Positions 8,789-17,619 of a stretch of DNA of 64,000 nt are shown here, one piece after another. The stretch comes from an uncultured Methanosarcinales archaeon. Lineage in GTDB: Archaea > Nanobdellota > Nanobdellia > Woesearchaeales > GW2011-AR9. Each line of letters opens with the position of its first letter. Within the stretch, counting starts at the first letter, position 1. The stretch is from the NCBI GenBank assembly GCA_964510085.1, contig CAZEAB010000001.1:5753-69752 (forward strand). The letters run 5' to 3'. The notes beneath the pieces were generated by a model. That model had not been told where the DNA came from. It worked only from the letters and a program-made list of their open reading frames with translations, and ran no database searches. A program made the position numbers and the translations under genes.

Positions 8789-9601
8789 ATGATGAATTGG
8801 AAAGAGCTAAAGTATGCATTTAGGGTGTACACACCAAAAAGTATCCTTTTTAACATGGCTTCAATAATTACAAGTGATTTTGTAATTGTATCCTTTCAAA
8901 AATGTGGAAAAACATGGGTACGAGTTATGCTTTCAAAGATTCTTCAGGAAAAATATAACATTAAGAATATTAAACTAAATCTTCAAGAAATGACTTGGTT
9001 TACAAAAGCACCAAACATTCTTATCTCTCATGGCGGAAGTACAAAAGATAATAATAAAATTAAGTTTGAGAAAATATTTAGAAACAAGAAAAAAATTCTT
9101 CTTTGTAGAGATCCACGAGATATTGTAGTTTCATTATTTCATGGTTCTAGAACTAGAGATAAAGTATATGATGGTGACAATATCTCTACATTTATACGAG
9201 ACCCTGCATGTGGTTTTCCAAAAATTATTGCCTTTATGAACAAATGGGCAGAAGAATATCAAAAAAGACCACAAGATTTTATTAGAGTAAGATATGAAGA
9301 TCTCAAAATTGATACAAAAAGTGAATTACAAAAAATGACACAATTTATGGGTATTAACGCGTCAGAAGAACTCTTACATAAAACGGTAGAGTTTGGTTCC
9401 TTTCAGAATATGAGAAAAATGGAAATGAAAGAAGAAATTAATGATTATAGAATGAAATCAGGGGACAAAAATGATCCAAACTCATTCAGAACACGTAAAG
9501 GAAAAGTAGGAGGATATAAGGACGAACTTTCACAAGAAGATCAAGATTATATTAATAATCAAGTGAAAGAAAACCTTGACAGATTTTATGGATATCACTA
9601 A
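8789..9601 (+). CDS. Sulfotransferase-fold protein (PAPS-dependent family)
   Basis: 5'-phosphosulfate-binding loop 'QKCGKTWVRVMLS' (PKSGTTW-like) and 3'-phosphate-binding 'RDPRDIVVSLFH' motif. Confidence 0.8.
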   Translation: MMNWKELKYAFRVYTPKSILFNMASIITSDFVIVSFQKCGKTWVRVMLSKILQEKYNIKNIKLNLQEMTWFTKAPNILISHGGSTKDNNKIKFEKIFRNKKKILLCRDPRDIVVSLFHGSRTRDKVYDGDNISTFIRDPACGFPKIIAFMNKWAEEYQKRPQDFIRVRYEDLKIDTKSELQKMTQFMGINASEELLHKTVEFGSFQNMRKMEMKEEINDYRMKSGDKNDPNSFRTRKGKVGGYKDELSQEDQDYINNQVKENLDRFYGYH

Positions 9602-9615
9602 ATTTTAAAGCCAGA

Positions 9616-11067
9616 TTATTTTTTACTTACTACGTTCGCATTTTTATTAAATATGCTCAGCAAGGTCTTTTTGTCTTCAGATGAAATCTCTTTAATCAAA
9701 AACAATATTCCAAAGTAAAGAATTAAGTAGAGAGCCATTCCAAGAATTACATTATTTAAACTAAAATAATGAGACATAATACCTATAATAACGCAGCTAA
9801 ACAATATATTTCTCAAAGATTTTTGTGGGATTATTCTTCCAAAGAAACGATAGATTACAACAATTGAAATTAAAAGACTGATTAAAGATCCAATTAACAA
9901 AGAAATTCCTGCTCCAATCATCCCTTGCATTGGAATTATAGTATAACTTATCAACACGGTAAAGATTAGAGACACTATGGATATTTTCATTGCTGTTCCT
10001 GGTTTTCCCACCGCAATAAAAAATGAGGCAAAAACCATAACGACAGAAAAAATAAAAAATGCCAAAACTAAGTAAGGAAGTACAGAAGATGCTGGCTGGA
10101 ATACATTAGAATAAAGCAATTCTATTATTGATTTTGAGTTTGTTATAGTAAGAATCACAAACGGTGCTAAAACAAGAAACATATAACGAAAAGATTTTTT
10201 AATATATTTTCTAACTAAGGGCATGTTTTTTGCTTCAAATGCGCTAGAGATAGAAGGGATCATAGTAAATACCAATGCTGAAGCAAGAGTAAAACTTACT
10301 CTTGCTAACGTCGTTGCTGAAGTATAATACCCAATAAGTGCATCATCTACCCAATAATGTTTTAAGAGGAACAATGGAATTTCCAGATTAACTGTGTTGA
10401 AAACATAAAATAAAGAAATAGGTACAGAGAAAAGAAACAGTTTTTTAGTATTTAATGCTAGCGGAGATTTATTCCTTCTAATTCTAAATATATAATATAT
10501 GGCTACAATCGTAGCTAGTAAAGGACCTAAAGCATATCCTGTTAATGCGCCAAGTATCCCATATCCAAAGTAAACTAGTAAAAGAGCAATAATTAATTTC
10601 ATTATAGAATGAAATGCTTCTAATAATGCTTGAGTTCTAAACCTTCTCTTACCTCCAAGATAACCCTTAGTAATAACTACATATGCACTCAAAGGTATCA
10701 AAATAAATGAAGAATAAAACATATTATTTGTTAAACTTGGGTCATTGAAATATCCACTTAACAAACCAGAAAAAAGATAGTAAAGAGCGATACAGATTGC
10801 TGTTAAGATGAACTGTAAATGTAAACCTGATTTCAGAATACCAACATCATTCCATTTTCCTTCTGAAACATATTTTGATACCGACCTGTTTACTCCTGTA
10901 GCAAAAATTGTCTTTGCGATTAGAAAAAAAGATAGTATTAAACCAAAATCACCATAAATAGAAGGCCCCATTAACCTTGCTAAGGCTATATGTACCCCAT
11001 AACCAGATAAAGAGGTTACAAACTGTGCAAGCATAAGAAAAAAAGTACCCCTAACAACAACCCCCAT
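9616..11067 (-). CDS. Polysaccharide/oligosaccharide flippase (MOP/Wzx-like)
   Basis: 483 aa, about 12-14 hydrophobic segments, typical Wzx-like N-terminus; lies in the glycan operon. Confidence 0.7.
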   Translation of the reverse strand: MGVVVRGTFFLMLAQFVTSLSGYGVHIALARLMGPSIYGDFGLILSFFLIAKTIFATGVNRSVSKYVSEGKWNDVGILKSGLHLQFILTAICIALYYLFSGLLSGYFNDPSLTNNMFYSSFILIPLSAYVVITKGYLGGKRRFRTQALLEAFHSIMKLIIALLLVYFGYGILGALTGYALGPLLATIVAIYYIFRIRRNKSPLALNTKKLFLFSVPISLFYVFNTVNLEIPLFLLKHYWVDDALIGYYTSATTLARVSFTLASALVFTMIPSISSAFEAKNMPLVRKYIKKSFRYMFLVLAPFVILTITNSKSIIELLYSNVFQPASSVLPYLVLAFFIFSVVMVFASFFIAVGKPGTAMKISIVSLIFTVLISYTIIPMQGMIGAGISLLIGSLISLLISIVVIYRFFGRIIPQKSLRNILFSCVIIGIMSHYFSLNNVILGMALYLILYFGILFLIKEISSEDKKTLLSIFNKNANVVSKK

Positions 11068-11766
11068 TTATACAATCTCCGTGTTTTTTCTTAGTTGACG
11101 ATAAAATTTTAGAATTAAATCTCCTGGCAGTGCAACCAAATACACCCACAACGAATAATGGGGAAACCCTAACAAAGATGCCCAAAATAAAAAATTAAAC
11201 AAATACTCAATCCTAAGAACCATATACACCACTTTTTTCCACGATGATATATGCTGAGACTTTATTGAAAAATTCATGAAGTTATGGCGACTTTTCTCCG
11301 AATACCAAAGAGGATTTAAGGTAATTGCTTTATTTAGAAGAAAAAAAAATGCACAAGCTATACCAATAACAATGTAAATCAAGTCAGAAGTATATCTGGC
11401 ACAACCAATACCCAACATTATAAACATCAAAGGGTTTGCAACATAATGGCCAACATAGTCTAAGTATACTCCTAAATTGCTTTGTTGTTTACGAAACCTA
11501 GCCATGATCCCATCCGTACAATCTAGCACGAAAAACAATTGAAACAATAATACTGAAAGAAATATTGATTTTTTTGTTCCAAAAATAGAAATACAAGAGG
11601 ATAAAATTTGTCCAATTATCCATATTACTGTTACTTGATTTGCAGTTATATTTGTAAATAAAAATATTTTTGCAGGGTAATATGCCAAGTAATCAACTAG
11701 AGAGTATAATAAATCTCCTCTTTTAACATATGTTTTTTCTTTAATTTCTTGTATTGAAAAAGTCAT
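11068..11766 (-). CDS. CDP-alcohol phosphatidyltransferase family membrane protein
   Basis: 'LDCTDGIMARF...GVYLDYVGH' matches DxxDGxxAR...GxxxD; the last Asp position reads His. Multi-pass membrane protein. Confidence 0.7.
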   Translation of the reverse strand: MTFSIQEIKEKTYVKRGDLLYSLVDYLAYYPAKIFLFTNITANQVTVIWIIGQILSSCISIFGTKKSIFLSVLLFQLFFVLDCTDGIMARFRKQQSNLGVYLDYVGHYVANPLMFIMLGIGCARYTSDLIYIVIGIACAFFFLLNKAITLNPLWYSEKSRHNFMNFSIKSQHISSWKKVVYMVLRIEYLFNFLFWASLLGFPHYSLWVYLVALPGDLILKFYRQLRKNTEIV

Positions 11767-11767
11767 T

Positions 11768-12433
11768 TTATCCTCTCATTACTAGATTTTTTACTAAGCC
11801 CATATATTTCTTTTCAAAACCAATAGTACAATTTCCTTGCTCTAGGTGGAATTGAACTGCTAAAATTTTTTTATTCAAATTAAAAATGCCTTCAATTTCT
11901 CCATCATCTGAAAAAATGAATGGGGTTAACCCACTTCCCAAAACATCAATTACTTTTCTGTGGTAACTATTAACGCTAGCTTTATTTATTCCTAACAAAC
12001 CTGTGATAGTTACATTATGTATATTAATATGTTTTCTAAAGACAAACCTCTTTGCTAGTGCAGATGTTAGAAATTTAATATTTCGCTTGCTATGGTTCTC
12101 ATTCCATTTAAGAGTACCTCCAAAAAATCCGTTTATACTCCACATCCCACAACAAACACCAAATAGTGGGAGGTTATTTTTAATAGCAAAGTCTATTGCT
12201 TTTAATTCAAATTTTCTAATTTCTTTAGTATAATATTGGTAACCTCCTGAGATTAGTAGTGCTTTAATACCAAGACTCTTAAAGAAATTATTAAAATCAA
12301 TATCTTCATGAAATGGGATCATTATTAATTCATAGCCATAACGTTTCCAAAAATCAACATATTTCTTTTCAATACAAAAAAAAGAACCGTCCTTATTAGA
12401 CATGTGCCTTGGAGTTATTGCTATCTTAATCAT
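11768..12433 (-). CDS. Second peptidase C26 / class-I GATase-like hydrolase
   Basis: 'GVCCGMWSINGFFGG' nucleophile elbow and 'VQFHLE'. I prefer the ATG at 12433 (MIKIAITP..), which removes the overlap with the upstream gene. Confidence 0.7.
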   Translation of the reverse strand: MIKIAITPRHMSNKDGSFFCIEKKYVDFWKRYGYELIMIPFHEDIDFNNFFKSLGIKALLISGGYQYYTKEIRKFELKAIDFAIKNNLPLFGVCCGMWSINGFFGGTLKWNENHSKRNIKFLTSALAKRFVFRKHINIHNVTITGLLGINKASVNSYHRKVIDVLGSGLTPFIFSDDGEIEGIFNLNKKILAVQFHLEQGNCTIGFEKKYMGLVKNLVMRG

Positions 12434-12965
12434 TTTTTTTACATATAAATAAAAGGTTATTTGCAAAATAGTGTCTAAAAATATTGTTAATAAAATTTTT
12501 TGACTTACGCATCCCCTTAAATTTTTTTATAATTCTATAATTATAACATGAAATTAAATAACTTAATGTATGCTCACAATACCAACAGGTGTGAAATTTA
12601 TTACATTTAAACGGGAGATAGCCAATTGATCTTGCATTTGGAGTTACAATAACCAATAACCCATCTTTTTTTAGATGACGAGACATATTTTCTAAGAATT
12701 TCCCTGGGTTGTGGATATGTTCAATTACATCTCCTGCAATAATAACATCAAATCTTTTTTTAAATGAAATGTTCTCTGCATTTCCTTTAATAATCTCTGG
12801 AGAGTTGCTTTCAATATCAACACCAACTACAGAATTTGCTCTCATTTTTATTTTTGAGTACAATGTCTTTGGTTTTATCAATGAGCCTTGCTCAGCACAA
12901 CTTCCAATATCTAAAACATTTTTTCCTTTTACAATATTTAGTATATAGTCTTCACAACTTTTCAT
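12426..12965 (-). CDS. Class-I SAM-dependent methyltransferase
   Basis: 'VLDIGSC' motif I-like, 'VIIAGDVIEHIHNP' motif, 'GLLVIVTPN'. Confidence 0.7.
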   Translation of the reverse strand: MKSCEDYILNIVKGKNVLDIGSCAEQGSLIKPKTLYSKIKMRANSVVGVDIESNSPEIIKGNAENISFKKRFDVIIAGDVIEHIHNPGKFLENMSRHLKKDGLLVIVTPNARSIGYLPFKCNKFHTCWYCEHTLSYLISCYNYRIIKKFKGMRKSKNFINNIFRHYFANNLLFICKKND

Positions 12966-14676
12966 TTTGTTGCCTCCAATATCCTAATTTTTGTGTAAAA
13001 AAACTTAACCCCAATAGAGGAATCATAATAAATAATTTAGGACTTCTCCAATATTTTTTAATCATATTTTTCGTACTCCACACACGGAGTTTGTAAAATG
13101 AACCAAGTGAACTTACATGTTGTTTAAAAAAATAACTTCCCCTCCCCCGTGTGTAATGCCAGTGTAAGAACGTCTTTAAATCTTTTCTGGGTTTATGATA
13201 CATAATCATTTGTGAGTTATATTTTATTTTAAGTCCATTTTCAAGAACTTTCATTGAAAGATATACATCATCCCCTGTAATTGTTAATTTCTCATTAAAC
13301 GCACCAAAACCAAGGATTGTTTCCTTTTTGAAAGCACAATTACCACCGGCTAAATGGTCTGTGTAACCTTCTTTACTAACATGCCACATATTTTCAAAAC
13401 CAAGATGGGCACCCCCAGGATATCCTAATCCAGAGATACAATCCCCAAGAAATGTTGAATGAGGTATTTTGGTATTTCCCGTAACAACAGTTTCTCCTTT
13501 TGTGTGTATTTGATTGTAAATTTCCTCAACCCAATTTGGTGATGCATAACAATCCGCATCAATAATTGCAACAATGTCTGCTTTGGAATTTGTAATTCCT
13601 ACATTTCTCGCTGCTGATAATCCTTGATGTTCCATGTCAATGACACGAGCTCCGTTCTTTCTTGCTATCTCTGCAGTCGCATCGGTAGAACCATCATTAG
13701 CTACTACAATTTCAAAGTCTGTAAATGATTGTTTTTTAAGAGAATCAAAAATTTTTTGTATACAACTTGCTGCATTATATGCACAAATTACTACTGAAAC
13801 CTTTGGTCGTTGCATACTAACTATTGTTTTCTGTAACCCTTGTTGTAACGTTGTTGTTGGCTTCCAATCTAGTTCTTTACTAATTTTTTCAATAGAGAAT
13901 ACACTTCTTTCTATGTCTCCTTCACGTTCTTCTTCATGCTTTGGTTTTATTTTAGTTCCAATGTTTGATTGAATTTTGTTAAATAGTTCTACTATGGTTA
14001 TTTCTTCTCCAGAGCCTACATTATATTGCCCCTCTCCCTTTTCTAAAGCCAAGACTATTACTCTCACAACATCACTTACATACACAAAATCCCTTGTTTG
14101 ATTCCCAGAACCAAAAATAAGAGGTGTTTTATTCTGTAACAACGCATGTGTAAATATTGCGACAACGCCACCCTCTCCAGAAAAATCCTGACCAGGACCA
14201 TAAACATTAGCTAAACGAAGTGAGATGTATGGAACCGTTGACTTTTTAAGTAATTGATAAAACTTATTTTTATTTGTACCATAAGGAGATACTGGATTAC
14301 ACGGATGTTCTTCATTTATAGGAAACTGGTATGGTTGACCAATTTCAGCTGCTGTATTTGTATAAATAAATTTCTTTACATTATATTTTTCTGCTAATCT
14401 TAACACATTAAGACTTCCTTCAAGATTTGTCTTTCTATCAAAATCTGGGTCTAATACTGAATTTGGAACACTTGTTTGAGCTGCAAGATGTATTACAGAA
14501 TCTACAGGAAATAGTCTTTCAATTTCTGGTGAGATTATGTCTTGAATAAAATATTTTGCTCTTTTATTATTACCTGTAAATAAATCTACTACTATTACCT
14601 CATGACCTTGCTGAACTAACTTGTTAACTACATGAGTTCCAATAAACCCGGCTCCTCCGGTTACAAGGATTCTCAT
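12952..14676 (-). CDS. Fusion: NAD-dependent nucleotide-sugar epimerase/dehydratase (N) + family-2 glycosyltransferase (C)
   Basis: 'MRILVTGGAGFIGTH' Rossmann motif, 'YGTNK' YxxxK; the C-terminal half has 'VSVVICAYNAA..', 'VANDGSTD', 'IIDADCY' GT2 motifs. Confidence 0.85.
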   Translation of the reverse strand: MRILVTGGAGFIGTHVVNKLVQQGHEVIVVDLFTGNNKRAKYFIQDIISPEIERLFPVDSVIHLAAQTSVPNSVLDPDFDRKTNLEGSLNVLRLAEKYNVKKFIYTNTAAEIGQPYQFPINEEHPCNPVSPYGTNKNKFYQLLKKSTVPYISLRLANVYGPGQDFSGEGGVVAIFTHALLQNKTPLIFGSGNQTRDFVYVSDVVRVIVLALEKGEGQYNVGSGEEITIVELFNKIQSNIGTKIKPKHEEEREGDIERSVFSIEKISKELDWKPTTTLQQGLQKTIVSMQRPKVSVVICAYNAASCIQKIFDSLKKQSFTDFEIVVANDGSTDATAEIARKNGARVIDMEHQGLSAARNVGITNSKADIVAIIDADCYASPNWVEEIYNQIHTKGETVVTGNTKIPHSTFLGDCISGLGYPGGAHLGFENMWHVSKEGYTDHLAGGNCAFKKETILGFGAFNEKLTITGDDVYLSMKVLENGLKIKYNSQMIMYHKPRKDLKTFLHWHYTRGRGSYFFKQHVSSLGSFYKLRVWSTKNMIKKYWRSPKLFIMIPLLGLSFFTQKLGYWRQQNEKL

Positions 14677-15947
14677 CTACCCACCCCATAATAGGTAAAT
14701 CCATTTGTTTGATTTTTGTGGTATATATTTCTGCCATCAAATAATACTTTATCTACCATGGTGTTACTTAATTCTGCAAAATTTATGTTTCTAAATTCAT
14801 CCCATTCCGTTGCAAGAATAATTGCGGATGCTCCGTTGGCCGCCTCTTGTGGTGAAGAATGATGAATAATTCTATCCCCAAATGATGTATTTGAAACAAT
14901 TGGATCATATACATTAACTCTAGCTCCATTATCTAATAGCCATTGAATTAAAAGAAATGAAGGTGCTTCTCGTACATCACTTGTCTTTGGTTTAAAACTT
15001 AAACCCCATACGGCAAAAGTCTTTCCTTGAATATGGCCAAAATGGTTTTGTATCTTTGTTGCAAGTATCTGTTTTTGTCGTTTGTTTAAATAATCTACTT
15101 CATGTAGTAATTTTGCTTCATAGCCCTTATTCTTTGCTACTGTTACTAACGCCCTAATATCCTTTGGGAAACAGCTTCCTCCATATCCAATACCTGCATT
15201 TAAAAATTTTGGACTTATTCTATAATCATTTCCCATCGCTTTTGATACCGTTTTAATATCGGCTCCAACAGTATCACAAATATTTGCAATTTCATTAATG
15301 AAACTAATCTTTGTTGCAAGAAATGAGTTGTTTGCATACTTTATCATTTCACTTGTTTCCCAATTTGTTTCAATTACTGGTAAATAAGGTCTTGCTAATC
15401 CAGAATACATCTTTCTAACAAGTTGAGTTGCTTCTTGGTTCTGTGAACCAATTACAATCATATCTGGATGTGTAAAATCATGAACGGCATTCCCCTCTTT
15501 AAGAAATTCTGGATTTGAAATAATATGTGTTTCAGAAGTTGGATTAATTTGTCTTATTCGTTCCTGGCAGTGATTAGCAGTTCCGGGAGGCACAGTACTT
15601 TTGTTAATAAGAACTTTAAATCCGCTTGACTTTGCAACAGTGTCAACTACAGATAAGACATATTGCAGATTAGCACTTCCATCTTCTGCCATTGGTGTTC
15701 CAACACAATTGAAAATAATTGGTTTAAGTGCTAAAGAAGTATCTGTAGAAAAATGTAATCTCCCCTTATTCTTATTTCTTTGAACTAACTCTTTCAGCCC
15801 AGGTTCATAGAATGGAATTTGTCCATTTTGAAGAGATTCAATCTTATTTTGATCAATATCTACACAATATACGGAGTGCCCAAGGTCTGCTAAACATGCA
15901 CCTGTTACAAGACCAACGTATCCAGTACCAAAAATACCTATTTCCAT
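14673..15947 (-). CDS. ugd: UDP-glucose 6-dehydrogenase
   Basis: 'IGIFGTGYVGLVTGACLA' and catalytic 'GGSCFPKD' motif; 424 aa. Confidence 0.9.
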   Translation of the reverse strand: MEIGIFGTGYVGLVTGACLADLGHSVYCVDIDQNKIESLQNGQIPFYEPGLKELVQRNKNKGRLHFSTDTSLALKPIIFNCVGTPMAEDGSANLQYVLSVVDTVAKSSGFKVLINKSTVPPGTANHCQERIRQINPTSETHIISNPEFLKEGNAVHDFTHPDMIVIGSQNQEATQLVRKMYSGLARPYLPVIETNWETSEMIKYANNSFLATKISFINEIANICDTVGADIKTVSKAMGNDYRISPKFLNAGIGYGGSCFPKDIRALVTVAKNKGYEAKLLHEVDYLNKRQKQILATKIQNHFGHIQGKTFAVWGLSFKPKTSDVREAPSFLLIQWLLDNGARVNVYDPIVSNTSFGDRIIHHSSPQEAANGASAIILATEWDEFRNINFAELSNTMVDKVLFDGRNIYHKNQTNGFTYYGVGR

Positions 15948-16001
15948 AGGTAAAATTGACTATAACGAGGTTAAAAAGGTTATGCAAAACAAGGAGTACT
16001 A

Positions 16002-16739
16002 TTATTCTTCCAAATACTCTATTTCTTCCTCAGAAACTCGTCTCACGGGCTTCTCAAACTTCAGTTCTTCATATGCCTGTGCTACTAATCCTGGAGTTCT
16101 TCCTATAATAAAAATACCTTTACCTAAAAGAGGGTCAAATCCCCAGTCAGATAATAAAATGGCAATTAATCCATCAACATTCATGTGAATTTTCTTACCC
16201 TTAACTTCTTCAAATGCTTGCTCTATTGCATCTTTGAAATGCAGATTCTGAGATGCATATCCTATTTCATTCATGGTTTTTAACAGCCATTGAACTCGAG
16301 GATCTCCTTGTTTGTAATGTTTATGACCAATCCCATAAATAACTTCACGATTGGTTAACATTTCTTTAAATTTTGATAATAGTTCATCTTTTGATACATC
16401 TTTAAGGGACGCAATCATCTTCATAGCATTTTCCATAGCACCACCATGATAATTTCCAATGCTTAATATCCCACCACCTACAGCTGTATTAAGTGAATTT
16501 CCACCAGAAGCTACAAATCGTGTAGCCATGCTTGAAGTCGTACCCATTCCATGATCAATAACACATGTAAGAATTTTTTCAAATAAGATACTCTCCTTTT
16601 CATTCGGCTTCCTTCCAGATAACTCTAAGAAAACTGCGTCTGTAAACCTACCTTGAATTAAACTAGACAATTTCTCTCCTCGAATGTCTACATCATTCTC
16701 TTCTATCTTTGATATTCTTGTTTTAAATTGCATTTTCAA
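16002..16739 (-). CDS. Citrate-synthase-fold protein of the citryl-CoA lyase / ATP-citrate-lyase C-terminal type
   Basis: 'HGGAMENA', 'GIGHKHYKQGDPRV', 'NVDGLIAILL', 'GRTPGLVAQAYEE'. At 245 aa it is shorter than a true citrate synthase. Confidence 0.65.
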   Translation of the reverse strand: MKMQFKTRISKIEENDVDIRGEKLSSLIQGRFTDAVFLELSGRKPNEKESILFEKILTCVIDHGMGTTSSMATRFVASGGNSLNTAVGGGILSIGNYHGGAMENAMKMIASLKDVSKDELLSKFKEMLTNREVIYGIGHKHYKQGDPRVQWLLKTMNEIGYASQNLHFKDAIEQAFEEVKGKKIHMNVDGLIAILLSDWGFDPLLGKGIFIIGRTPGLVAQAYEELKFEKPVRRVSEEEIEYLEE

Positions 16740-17619
16740 GCGCTTCTTTCATTAACTTACCAACATTGTGATGTACTTCTGCTATAATAACCCCTGCTTC
16801 TTTAAGAAGTTTTACTTTATTTTTTCGAGTTCCTTTATCTCCCTCAATAATAGCGCCAGCATGTCCCAAGGAAACATTATGAATTTTATACTTCTCAACA
16901 AATACTCCTGAGATAAAAGCCACAATAGGTTTTGTAAATTTTTTCTTCATCAAATACGCTGCAAGTTCTTCTTCAGCAGTTCCACCAATTTCCCCAAATA
17001 AAACTATCCCTTTCGTTTCTGGATCTTGTTCAAATTCATCCATTAATTCAGCAAACGTTGTTCCCATAATAATATCTGCACCAATCCCTAATACAGTAGA
17101 TTGTCCTAACCCTGCTTGTTTCAAAACAAGTGATGTTTCACACGCCATTCCACCACTTCGTGAAATCACTCCAATTGAACCAGGAGTAAACGCAATCTTT
17201 GACTTCCCACCTGCAATGGCACCACATTTTGATTTTCCAACGGAATAAATACCAACAGATGTTGCACCAATAATCCTACTTTCTTTCTGCTCTGCTAATG
17301 CAAAACAATATGCCATATCATGAACTGGAATATTTTCAGTAATAATATTAATTAACTTGATACCTGCTTCAATTGCTTCAACAATTGCCCCTTTTGCAAA
17401 TTTTGGTGGTACTAAAATAACTGTTGCATCAACTTCTGGAGCTTCTGAAATACTGTTAAATACAGGAACACCAAACACTTCCTGCCCACCTTTCCCGGGG
17501 GTTACTCCTGCAATAACCTTTGAACCTGCTTGTAACATCTCATCGCACGTTCTCTGTCCTTGCTTTCCAGTAATTCCCTGAATAAGGAATCTTGTATTTT
17601 CATTAATCAGTATTGCCAT
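16723..17619 (-). CDS. Succinyl-CoA synthetase alpha / citryl-CoA synthetase small-subunit-like (CoA-binding, phosphohistidine)
   Basis: 'FLIQGITGKQG', 'GVTPGKGG', 'SRSGGMA', and the phosphohistidine loop 'LGHAGAII'. Confidence 0.8.
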   Translation of the reverse strand: MAILINENTRFLIQGITGKQGQRTCDEMLQAGSKVIAGVTPGKGGQEVFGVPVFNSISEAPEVDATVILVPPKFAKGAIVEAIEAGIKLINIITENIPVHDMAYCFALAEQKESRIIGATSVGIYSVGKSKCGAIAGGKSKIAFTPGSIGVISRSGGMACETSLVLKQAGLGQSTVLGIGADIIMGTTFAELMDEFEQDPETKGIVLFGEIGGTAEEELAAYLMKKKFTKPIVAFISGVFVEKYKIHNVSLGHAGAIIEGDKGTRKNKVKLLKEAGVIIAEVHHNVGKLMKEALENAI

